The notes beneath the pieces were generated by a model, which did not search any database, was not told the origin of the DNA, and worked only from the letters and a program-made list of their open reading frames with translations. DNA of 62,933 bases, filler included, from Octopus bimaculoides (Eukaryota): the NCBI RefSeq assembly GCF_001194135.2. It is 7 parts of 7 records of this genome, joined end to end, with 100 filler letters (N's around TTAATTAATTAA, not from the genome) between each part and the next. Parts side by side here need not be neighbours in the genome. Positions count along the whole stretch, not along the records: positions 40,446 to 49,480 come from NC_068989.1; positions 49,581 to 60,635 come from NC_069008.1; 5 more parts are not named here. The stretch is one strand, 5' to 3'. The translations under genes were made by a program, and so were the position numbers. Positions 47,889 to 59,486 of this stretch are shown here, piece after piece (the first letter of the stretch is position 1; each line of letters opens with the position of its first letter).

Positions 47889-49480
47889 AAGTAAAGATAA
47901 GAAAATAGTTGTCCACAACACCATATTGTCAGCTACAGTGATCACAAATTAGTGACCAGTACGCTCGACTTAGATAGCATGTGCAGACAGGGATCCGGTT
48001 ACTGGAAGCTAAACAAGTTGCTATTGGACTGTGAAGCCTACAGGAATCGGATTAGACAGTTAATTATGAGGGCGTTAACCGGATCCATTATAAATAATAA
48101 ATGGTAGTTCGCCCTCAAGAAAGCCATAAAATTTGAGTCAATTAGGTTTAGTAAAGAATTAGCTAGTGCTAGAAATAGAGTAGAAAGGGCGCTAGTTAAG
48201 GCAGTAGAAGAGGCAATGAGGTCAGGCTCTGCATCCAAAGTATCAGCGGCGAGGTTGGCACACAACCAACATCTCAAAGCTAAACCCGAAGGGTGCGTTG
48301 TCAGGGCTAAGTTACGTGCAATGAGACAAGAAGGAATCAACGCGGTCGGATGGGTCCGGGTGGTAGAGAGCCAGCGTGGCAATAGCTTAACCAAACGGTC
48401 TTTGATGGACACACATGGTCGTTCAGTAAACGAATCCGAGGAGATGTGTAAGGTGTTTCACGAGTATTTTGCCCAGCTTTTCGGGAGAGGCGGTGGACCG
48501 GAACGTAGGGAGAAGCTCGCAGACTTCCTGGTGAGTTCGCCGCGTCTCTCGGGGCAGGATGCAGAATCTTGTGAAGGGCCGATCACAGCTACAGAGGTCG
48601 AGGAAGCGTTAGCAGATTGCGGTGGGGACAAATCGCCGGGACTTGATGGTCTGCTTTATGAACTGTATTGTAGTATGCCAGCCTTGTTTGGGCACCTACT
48701 TGCATGCGTGTACACAAACTGGCAACAGAATGGGAGAATTCCCAAATCGGTGGTTGTGGCGCGGCTAAGAAAGGACTCAAACAAGGGGGACATAATTGAT
48801 AATTTTTGGCCCATCACTCTGTTTAACGCAGAGTTGAAGATTTTGGCCAAGGGTTTAGCAAAAAGGTTGGCGCGAGTCCTGAGTGGACTTGTTGGGGAGG
48901 CGCAAACATTTGCCATCCCTGGCAGGTCTGTTCACAACAATCTTCACTTTCTACGCTATGCCTTAGAGGGGGTAAATAGAATTTCTGACAAGGGTGGAAC
49001 TATGGTCCATTTAGACCAAATCAAAGCGTTCGATAGGGTTGACCATCAGTATCTGGCGGGCGGTCCTTGTGGCAGCTGGTTTCGGCCCGACCCTCCGTGG
49101 GTGGATCACTGCTTTAAACAGCGACATCGAATCAATAGTTCAAGTGAACGGTTTCTTTTCGGAGCCGTTCTGCATTGAATGATCGATGCGTCAAGAGTGT
49201 CCTCTCTCTCCGCTTCTGTACGTTTTGGCCCTCGAGCCATTGCTGAGGAAGTTGGTGGCTATGAGGGGCACTCCGAAGGTGCCGAAAGTCAGCTTCGGCG
49301 TATGCGGATGACATCACCGTCATCGTATCCCGGGTCGAGCACCTACAGTGGGTAGGTAAGGCTATAAGGGATTACGAAGCGGTAGCAGGAGCAAAAATTA
49401 ACCGGGATAAATCGGTCGGCTTGCTACTCGGCACCTGGAGGGGCAAGTCGATGCCGTCTGACAGCGAAGTGGGACGTTGG
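47889..49480 (+). mobile_element. Tx1/L1-clade ORF2 continuation (SDH, GYWKLN, reverse transcriptase), cut by segment end
   Basis: SDHKL; GSGYWKLN; KSPGLDGL; PITLFNAELKILAK; LDQIKAFDRVDH; SAYADDIT. Confidence 0.93.
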
Positions 49481-49580
49481 NNNNNNNNNNNNNNNNNNNN
49501 NNNNNNNNNNNNNNNNNNNNNNNNTTAATTAATTAANNNNNNNNNNNNNNNNNNNNNNNNNNNNNNNNNNNNNNNNNNNN
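49481..49580. other. Artificial contig-joining linker
   Basis: 44N + TTAATTAATTAA (49525-49536) + 44N. Confidence 0.92.
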
Positions 49581-50006
49581 CAATTCCCCCTTCGTGTGAC
49601 TTTTGCCATGTCCATAAACAAATCTCAGGGTCAAACACTGTCTGTAGCTGGTCTTCTCTTGGAAGAGCCCTGCTTCTCACATGGACAACTGTATGTTGGC
49701 TGCTCAAGAGTGGGCAGCAAAAAAACACCTATTTGTATATGCTCCACAAGGGAAAACAAGGAATATTGTTTACAACGAGGTGTTATAATCACAACAGCAA
49801 GAAAGTATGTTCATGATCACCTTCTTTTACGAAACTTCATTGACTTTCATATATTTATATTGATATATATATATATATATATATAAGTGTGTTTGGGTGC
49901 GTGTGTGTATATACATCTCTATATATAAAGATGATGCGTAGTCTAGACGGCGTTTTTAGATTTCATTATTCTCTTTAACCCGGGCAACGCCGGGTATTTC
50001 TGCTAG
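49581..50006 (+). mobile_element. Helitron 3' end (PIF1 helicase C-terminus, hairpin, CTAG)
   Basis: FAMSINKSQGQTL...PCFSHGQLYVGCSRV; ACCCGG-gcaacg-CCGGGT hairpin (49978-49995); CTAG at 50003-50006. Confidence 0.9.
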
Positions 50007-50009
50007 TTA

Positions 50010-53000
50010 TCTATAAAACGCAGATTTTCTCTGTGTGTATGCATGTTTAAAATTCATACATTTACACAATTCCAAATTTAGTGGATGAAAAACTCATAAT
50101 TAATATTCTAAATACCATAACTTGGGTCATAAGGTCATTTTTTCGGTCAAAATAACAAAAAAAAAATATAGTGACACATCTTTTTCAAATACGATCGACA
50201 AACATTTATTCCCTACAAACTGAGTTTTTTGAAAATCTGTTTTGAAACATTCACTTACTAACATATATATAGAGAGAGAATACACACTCATACATACATA
50301 CATACATACATACGTACGTACAAATACACACATACATACAAATAAACACATAAATACAAACACTTGTCAATCTTTTTCAAATACGATCGACAAACTGAGT
50401 TTTTTGAAAATCGTTTTTAAAACACATTTACTTACTACCATATATATATAGAGAGAATACACACTAATACATACATACATAAAAATACACACATACATAA
50501 AAATACCTGTCAGTTTATTTATTTGCCGTTTCAATATTACGAATACTTTCCAAGATAATTTCTCTGTACAAGTAACTTTCACCTTTCTTTGGGACATGAA
50601 ATGCCACCGAAAAAGAGAAGTTGCCTCAGTCGCTATACCATGTCAGCAATGGTGCTAAAAGTGATTAGAGCAAATGAGTCCTCCGACCAAACTGCTTTTA
50701 GACTTTCACAGAGCACCTTACGTTCAGCAGAATGCTGAGCTGCTGAAAGTTTCCAACAGTGCACCCTACGCCTAGCCAAAATGGCTTCATACGATGCTGC
50801 TTCCAGGGCTACAGAGGGCCCGGAACAAAGAGCGACTTGCCTGGCTAGAAACGCTGCTGCTAATGCTGCTTCCAGGGATTCAGAGGGCCAGGAACAAAAG
50901 GGCCACTCGACTGGCTACAAACGCTGCAGTTACTGCTGCTTCCAGGTCTTCTGAACGTTTGGAACAATGGACGACTCACCTTGCTAGGGACGCTGTCACT
51001 ATGACTGCTTCCATGGCTTCTGAAGATGCAGATGGGTGGTCCATTACCATTGCAAATGTGGCTTCTGCTACTGCTGTGAGACCTTCCCACGTTCTACGTT
51101 GCAGCAGAACAGTTGACGGCAAGAAGCTGCTCATGGTGTGATGAGTCCCAACAACCCTTACTGGCATGTACGGGCTTTCAAGTATAAGCCCAACTTTAAT
51201 TACTCCATCTGCGCTGACGTAAATATAGGGGAAATGCACTGCAATTGCCAATTCTGCAATGCTAAAAAGTGGGCTGGGGAGCCACCTGGAATGTACTGCT
51301 TAAACAGTAAGGTCAGCTTGCCCCCTCTTCCGGAACCACCACAGCCTTTGAAGGAACTACTTACTGGTTCTACCTCAAGGTCAGTCAAATTCCTTCAAAT
51401 CATCAGGAATTACAATTGTGCATTTCAGATGACTTCTTTCGGGGCTAATGTTGTCACAGACAGNNNNNNNNNNNNNNNNNNNNNNNNNNNNNNNNNNNNN
51501 NNNNNNNNNNNNNNNNNNNNNNNNNNNNNNNNNNNNNNNNNNNNNNNNNNNNNNNNNNNNNNNNNNNNNNNNNNNNNNNNNNNNNNNNNNNNNNNNNNNN
51601 NNNNNNNNNNNNNNNNNNNNNNNNNNNNNNNNNNNNNNNNNNNNNNNNNNNNNNNNNNNNNNNNNNNNNNNNNNNNNNNNNNNNNNNNNNNNNNNNNNNN
51701 NNNNNNNNNNNNNNNNNNNNNNNNNNNNNNNNNNNNNNNNNNNNNNNNNNNNNNNNNNNNNNNNNNNNNNNNNNNNNNNNNNNNNNNNNNNNNNNNNNNN
51801 NNNNNNNNNNNNNNNNNNNNNNNNNNNNNNNNNNNNNNNNNNNNNNNNNNNNNNNNNNNNNNNNNNNNNNNNNNNNNNNNNNNNNNNNNNNNNNNNNNNN
51901 NNNNNNNNNNNNNNNNNNNNNNNNNNNNNNNNNNNNNNNNNNNNNNNNNNNNNNNNNNNNNNNNNNNNNNNNNNNNNNNNNNNNNNNNNNNNNNNNNNNN
52001 NNNNNNNNNNNNNNNNNNNNCAGCACAATAAGCGAGACATACTTATTTAAAGCCGTGACAGTGGTCTCCAACATATTACTGAGACACATCATTCATACGA
52101 TGCCCTGCAGTATCCCATTCTTTTTCCATATGGAGAAGACGAGTACCATTTCGGCATTCCTCAGCGGAAACCAAACGAGCCCACTGCTGCGACATCCAAA
52201 ACTGTTTCATGTATGGATTTCTACTCGTACCGCTTCATGATGAGGCCTAATGATTTTAGCACCCTGCACAGATCACGGGAACTGTTTCACCAGTTTGCAG
52301 TTGACATGGCTGCAAAGATGGAGTCAGAGAGACCGTGCTTCATTGGATTGAATCAGCGTGACGGCATCAGTAATGACGCTGACCCAAGGAACATTGGCAA
52401 AATGTGCATTCTCCCCTCAACTTATACAGGAGGTGGGGCACGGTATATGCACGAGCGAACACAAGGCGCTATGACTTTCGTTCGGCATTATGGGTGCCCC
52501 GATTTATTCATCACGTTTATGTGTAACCACAAGTGGGTTGAGGTAATGCGGGAACTTCTCCCACGGCAGCAGTACTGCCATCGCCATGATGTTATTGCCA
52601 AGGTTTTCAGGCAGAAGCTGGCTAAGCTAATTGATTTAATCAAAAAAGGGCAGGTTTTTGGGCCTGTGAAGTGCCACATGTATACTGTTGAGTGGCAGAA
52701 GAGAGGGTTGCCACATGCACACATTTTGGTTTGGTTGGTCACCAAAATAGACCCTACAGTTCTAGATGACATCATCACAGCAGAAATCCCAGACCCCACT
52801 GTTGATCGGCAGCTGTACAACATTGTCAAGGCACTCATGGTGCATGGTCCGTGCGGTCCCGGTTTTCAACAGTTCTCCTCATGCCACAAAGACCATGTGT
52901 GTACAAACAATACCAAAAGAGGTTTGTGGAGGAGACCCAGACTGGCGGCGACGGATATCCAGTGTACAGACAAAGGCGACCTGAAAATGGGGGATTCACT

Positions 53001-54474
53001 ATGATGTTACAGGGTCATCAAGTTGATAATAGATGGGTGGTCCCATACTGTCCATTACTGATGAAAATTTTCAATGCTCATATAAATGTGGAGTTCTGTC
53101 ATTCTGTAAAATCAATAAAGTACAGATGTAAATATGTTAACAAGGGTTCTGAAGCTGCCATGTTCGGCCTTCGAAAGAACAATAGCATGGATGAGGTGTC
53201 GCAGTACTTGGCAAGTCGATATATCAGCAGTGGTGAAGCTTTTTGGCAGATATTCAGGTTTCTGCTTCACCAAAGGAACCTCACCATCATACAACTAGTG
53301 GTTCATTTGGAAAATGGCCAGTGGGCTTACATTACTGAACAGACTGCTGCACAATCGGCGGCCAATCCAAAAGAAACAACTTTGACTGTTTTTTTTAGGC
53401 TTTGCCAACTTGACACATTTGCCAAAACACTTTTATACCCTCTGTTCGTGTCCTACTATGTGTGGACAAAGAACACTTGGGTGCATAGGAAGTCAAGTCA
53501 GGATGTTCAAGAACATCCTGGTGTTAAGTTTAACAGTTGTCTAGGAAGAGACTACTCCCGTTGTACCTCCCAACCAGCATAAGTGTTTTCACCTGCGCCT
53601 TCTCCTCCGTGACATTTTCGGTACACAAAGCTTTTGAGACATAAGAACTGTTGATGGTGAATTATGTGACACTTTCCGGGAAGCCTGCTTCAGGCGTGAA
53701 CTTTTGGAGGACGATGCACAACGGGGCACCACTATGGCAGAGGGCATTTTGTTAAAATCTCCTAAAAGACTAAGATCACTTTTCACTATTCTATTCCTAT
53801 GGTGTGACTTGGGTGATCCCGCCTCTTTATAGCTTACCTACGAAGATTACATGTCTGGAGATTTCCTGTGTCAGGCTCAGTTGCTAAATCCATCAATGAA
53901 GGTCAGGTACAATGACCTCATTTACAAAAGGGCACTGCTTGAAATCGAAGATACTGTTTTCAATATGGGCGGTAGTGCGTTGACAGTGTATGGCCTACCT
54001 TCAACAAATTGGGAAGGCACAAACACACCACTATAGTCTTGCCGGTTTGATATATGGTGAGTAGATGCTATTGTTGTATATTTTCAAACTTACCCATATT
54101 TACTTACCCATGATTAATCCCCCTCTTTCCTCCATAGGGCATCTATTCTGTTTTTACAGAGCATGAAGTTTTGTAACAGCACATCCACTGCTGTTGGTGG
54201 AAAAGGAACATGCCGTATTCACCTGCGAACGTTTTACACACCCTTCCAGGACTACCTACCAAATTGTTACAATTGTGAGAACGATAACACAGCCTTTTCA
54301 GGGCCACCTCACATTCTATTGTTACCCCTTCTGAGAGTGTTGCAATGCTCTTTGTAGGGCTTTCGATCCAGTTGCAAATCGATTGGTTGGGCATAAACTT
54401 ATATCATAGTTGAGTAGAATCATTAAGAGTACTTTAAAGCAATTACCCCGAGCAATGCCGGGCACTTCTGCTAG
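50010..54474 (+). mobile_element. Helitron with both termini, degraded Rep and no recognisable helicase
   Basis: A|TC start; CQFCNAKKW..E..G; YGCPDLFITF; VEWQKRGLPHAHIL (HUH); EFCHSVKSIKY..KYVNKG; CCCG-agcaatgc-CGGG hairpin, CTAG at 54471-54474 then T. Confidence 0.9.
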
Positions 54475-54479
54475 TTTTC

Positions 54480-55930
54480 TGATAAAACTAGGAACCTCTA
54501 TTCATTATATAATGAAACCTACAATAGTTTAATACAAAAAGAGCTTAACATTAATTACAAACATGCTCACACAAATGCATTGAACGATATTAATAAAACA
54601 TTATAAACTACTAAAGGATTTGGACCTGCTAAATAGAACTGAACCATATGCTCTGAGAACACCACATTTTACAATGAAGGACCATAAACCTAACTTTCAA
54701 AGTAAAGCATCTATTCGGTTAATATGTCCTACAAAATCAGACTTAGGCAAGATTAGTAAAATAATTTTAGATAGAGCATTACCCCAAATTAAAGAAAATG
54801 TAGAGCTCCCCCTTTGGAACTCTACCGGTGATGTAATTACATGGTTTCATTCCCTCAAGGACAAATATCACATTAATTTCATCCAATTTGATATCTTGGA
54901 TTATTGTGCTTCAATAACACCTAATTTACTGAGTGAAGCATTATCATTTGTTCGAAACTATACAACCATTTCTGCATCTCATATAGATATAATCCTTGCT
55001 GCTAGAAAAAACTATAATGATAAAAATTGGACCCGAAATACTAACTCTGACCTTTTTGATATAGCAATGGGCTCTTCGGATTCAGTCCAAATAACAGACC
55101 TTGTGGGACTGTTTCTTTCAAAAATTAAGCAACACTTTCCTAACATACCCAGGTGTCTCTATAGAGATGTGATGAACATTTGGCAACTAAAAATTTATTT
55201 CTTCCGGAGATTAAACATACAAAGAAATATTAAAATTTTTTTTTTTAATTATAATTTAAATATAGTGTTTGAAATAGATAATAAGATAGCTAATTTTTTA
55301 GACTTCACACTTAATTTTAGGAGATGTCAAATTATATGGTTTGCCTTGCACTTCTCTGTTCAGGTCAAATCTTTACCCAAATTGTTTTTTAAAATATTGA
55401 ACAAAAATTTCCCTAAAAATCATAAATACTATTCTATTTTTAAAAAATCCTATTTGAAATTGTTGTACACTGCTACTCCAAATTTAGGTTCAATTATAGA
55501 TCTAAACTCAGACTTAGGAATTCCACCCACACAAATCTTTATAATGAACTTCACAACTCCAAAACTGATATAAATAACATAAATATTATGCCAGGTTGAG
55601 GTTGACTTAACCTCTAGTAATTGGAAAATTAATGCTGATACAAGGAGGAAAAAACATGTAATTGTTGAATTAAGGAGTCATGTCCGCTATCTGGATCATG
55701 TTTACATAGTAATGTAGTGTAAAGGTGTTCTGTGGAGATCCCTGCCACACAGAAGACAAGAGTTTATATTGGAAGTACTATAGACTTTGAATGTCGCTAT
55801 AGGGCTTATTTGAATTCTTTTACTGGCGTAAAATATAAATTTTTTACACTGCTAGCTATGTATATACAAGAAGTTAAACCAAAAAATATACAATACTCGT
55901 TATTTTGGTCTGTAATAGCAGAAGCTCTCC
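54480..55930 (+). mobile_element. Penelope-like element (Naiad/Chlamys-like RT, Zn linker, GIY-YIG), decayed
   Basis: KDHKPNF...RLICPTKSDLGKISKIILD; FIQFDI; FDIAMGS; LYRD; CNC*IKESCPLSGSC; VYIGST...RY...SF. Confidence 0.85.
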
Positions 55931-56079
55931 CCTCCCACATACATTACAATTGAGAGTGAAAATATTCTTAAAATATATGGATTACTGTGCCCCTGAAATG
56001 GCCGTAAGAGGACTACCAGCAACAGTTTATTTAAACAGGATTACCTATTTTCTTGGATTAATTACATATATTTTACTCT

Positions 56080-56451
56080 TTTACTTGTTTCAGTCATTTT
56101 GACTGTGGCCATGCTGGAGCACCACCTTTAGTTGACAAATCAACCCCAGGACTTATTCTTTGGAAGCCTAGTACTTATTCTATTGGTCTTTTTTGCCGAA
56201 CTGCTAAGTTACGGGAACATAAACACTCCACCATTGGTTGTCAAGTGATGTTGGGGGGGGAAAGCACAAACATATATATATATACATATATATGACGGGC
56301 TTCTTTCAGTTTCCATCTACTAAATCCACTCACAAGGCTTTGGTCAGCCTGAGGCTATAGTAGAAGACACTTGCCCAAGGTGCCATGCAATGGGACTGAA
56401 CCCAGAACCATGTGGTTGGGAAGCAAACTTCTTACCACACAGCCACACCTG
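56080..56451 (-). mobile_element. SINE type C, near full length
   Basis: Tail on - strand GGTGGTGCTCCAGCATGGCCACAGTCAAAATGACTGAAACAAGTAAAAGAGTAAAA. Confidence 0.85.
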
Positions 56452-58119
56452 ANNNNNNNNNNNNNNNNNNNNNNNNNNNNNNNNNNNNNNNNNNNNNNNN
56501 NNNNNNNNNNNNNNNNNNNNNNNNNNNNNNNNNNNNNNNNNNNNNNNNNNNNNNNNNNNNNNNNNNNNNNNNNNNNNNNNNNNNNNNNNNNNNNNNNNNN
56601 NNNNNNNNNNNNNNNNNNNNNNNNNNNNNNNNNNNNNNNNNNNNNNNNNNNNNNNNNNNNNNNNNNNNNNNNNNNNNNNNNNNNNNNNNNNNNNNNNNNN
56701 NNNNNNNNNNNNNNNNNNNNNNNNNNNNNNNNNNNNNNNNNNNNNNNNNNNNNNNNNNNNNNNNNNNNNNNNNNNNNNNNNNNNNNNNNNNNNNNNNNNN
56801 NNNNNNNNNNNNNNNNNNNNNNNNNNNNNNNNNNNNNNNNNNNNNNNNNNNNNNNNNNNNNNNNNNNNNNNNNNNNNNNNNNNNNNNNNNNNNNNNNNNN
56901 NNNNNNNNNNNNNNNNNNNNNNNNNNNNNNNNNNNNNNNNNNNNNNNNNNNNNNNNNNNNNNNNNNNNNNNNNNNNNNNNNNNNNNNNNNNNNNNNNNNN
57001 NNNNNNNNNNNNNNNNNNNNNNNNNNNNNNNNNNNNNNNNNNNNNNNNNNNNNNNNNNNNNNNNNNNNNNNNNNNNNNNNNNNNNNNNNNNNNNNNNNNN
57101 NNNNNNNNNNNNNNNNNNNNNNNNNNNNNNNNNNNNNNNNNNNNNNNNNNNNNNNNNNNNNNNNNNNNNNNNNNNNNNNNNNNNNNNNNNNNNNNNNNNN
57201 NNNNNNNNNNNNNNNNNNNNNNNNNNNNNNNNNNNNNNNNNNNNNNNNNNNNNNNNNNNNNNNNNNNNNNNNNNNNNNNNNNNNNNNNNNNNNNNNNNNN
57301 NNNNNNNNNNNNNNNNNNNNNNNNNNNNNNNNNNNNNNNNNNNNNNNNNNNNNNNNNNNNNNNNNNNNNNNNNNNNNNNNNNNNNNNNNNNNNNNNNNNN
57401 NNNNNNNNNNNNNNNNNNNNNNNNNNNNNNNNNNNATATATATATATATATATATATACATGAGAAGCTTCTTTTAGTTTCCATCTACCAAATCTACTCA
57501 CAAGGCTTTGTTCAGCCCAAGGCTATAGTAGAAGACACTTGCCCAAGGTGCCATGCAATGGGACTGAACCCAGAACCATGTGGTTGGGAAGCAAACTTCT
57601 TACCACACAGCCACACCTGACCTCTTGATTTATTGAAATAATCTTCAAGAAAAGTAAATAAATGGCTGGTGGCAATTATGACACACTAAATGGGAAGGGA
57701 AGATCATCCCCAGAATCAAGAATTCATGAGAATTGGAACCAAAAGAATAGCTATATACCATTTTTAGTACTATCTTTGCAGTGTGTGCGTGTATGTGAGT
57801 AGCCATTAGTGGATCAGGAGACAAGTGCTGATCCATGGCTTTTGCCAGCACACCAGGATTGTTGAAATCAGTGTCATTGACTTTTGTGTGTGTTGGCATA
57901 TGTGTGTGTGTTGGCATATGTGTGTGTGTTAGTGTGTGGATGTATTCCTAAATATATATTAGCTGGGAAGAACAATAAAACAGGATAGTCAAAGCCAGAA
58001 TATCTCTGATCACATGTATGCTCTGAGACAAAACAATAGCAAGAAGCTGATGATTAAACCCTCTGTGATTGTTTACTCCACTAGAAATAGCAGATAAATT
58101 TTCACCTTATCATACTAGC

Positions 58120-58432
58120 ACTAACTGGCACTCCGTCAGTTATAATAACAAGGGTTCCAGTTGATTCAATCAATAGAACAGCCTGCTTGTGAAATTAACG
58201 TGCATGTGGCTGAGTACTCCACAGATACATGTAACCTTAATGTAGTTCTCAGGGAGATTCAGTATGACACAGAATGTGACAGGGCTGGCCTTTTGAAATA
58301 CAGGTACAACTCATTTCCGCGAGCTGAGTAGATTGGAGCAACATGAAATAAAGCTCAAGGATACAATGCATCGTTAGGAATTGAACTTATGATTGTGAGC
58401 TGAATATCCTAACCACTAAACCATGTGCCTTC
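58120..58432 (-). mobile_element. SINE type E
   Basis: Matches 503-897. Confidence 0.75.
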
Positions 58433-58647
58433 ACCGTATCGCATGCTAATCTCCTAAAAAGAGAAGGTTGCACTGGATAATGTATGGTCCAGGGTGATCA
58501 CAGCTGGAAAGCCTTTCAGTGGAGAGCTACTTAATCAATGGTGGACCTAGGGTTAAACAACAACTGCAATAACAACACACCCAGAAAAAAANNNNNNNNN
58601 NAAAAAAAAAAAAAAAAAAAAAAGATGGTTGTAATCTCATGAGTTAC

Positions 58648-58834
58648 CTTGCTGCTACATTTTCATCATCAATAACAACGGGAGCAACCTTCCAGGGGCA
58701 GTTGTAGCGCATTCCTGGCAGGCGGTTGAAGTCAAACTGGCAGCAGATCTTGGGATCAGGCCCACAGCTGTGGGGGATGTCATACGAGTAGAATGGCATC
58801 ATGTGACAGAAGATGTCTGTACGACCAGAATCGT
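58648..58834 (-). CDS. MAN2A: Golgi alpha-mannosidase II (GH38) internal exon: [61 protein letters not shown]
   Basis: Near-identical to the MAN2A1/2 motif [28 protein letters not shown]; TTTCAG acceptor, GTAACT donor; 187 nt. Confidence 0.95.
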
Positions 58835-59486
58835 CTGAAATGACAAACAACAAACATTATGAAATAACAGCAGCAAAAACATCCTGAACATGAGGAACAC
58901 CAACAGCAGTGACTTTAAATGAGACAGCCTGAGCCAATTAGTTATTTTCTATGTAATTGCAACACCAAATAGAAAGTAACAATTACATCTTGTCTCATAA
59001 AAAAATCACACCCCACTGATAGATTACTACTTTACCAACTCCACACAATCTTACTTCAGAAAAAAGTTCAAATGAAAAAATGTTGATTGAGGAGTGAATT
59101 AGAGAGGAATCTGAACTTGTGTAACAAGAGATTTGGGCAGAGTTTCAAATCAAGACATCCATGTAAGTTGGATTTTCTCCGTTTTGATGAGGATTATTCC
59201 AATTTTTTTTTCCAACACTGCCTTCAAAATGATGGTGGGTATCTTTTTGTGGGAAAAAATTTTGGAAAATTTATAATTCTTTTTTTCATCTCACCCTCAC
59301 CCCACTCCAGACCAATTTTAACCAAGTATTTTGCACAATGCACTTAAAAACTATGAGAGAAGCCATTTTGGTACAAAAAAAATAATAAATAAATGTATTT
59401 TCAGGTGAAAAGGTGTGTGATTTAAGGGAGATTTGACTGTTATTTCTATTACATCCCACAATCACCTTTCCAATTTCTTTGTTACA

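Noticed and set aside
55666-55668. In-frame TGA in the Penelope zinc linker as selenocysteine
   Set aside because: It follows CNC at a non-Cys position (likely CGA to TGA decay), and the copy has other stops and frameshifts
56330-57620. Recent tandem duplication of a SINE C head across the 1-kb gap
   Set aside because: About 100 identical bp at both gap-adjacent copies may reflect haplotype or assembly redundancy; not resolvable here
13409-58834. IGBP1 nested antisense within a MAN2A intron
   Set aside because: Three artificial linkers separate the two genes, so adjacency is not supported
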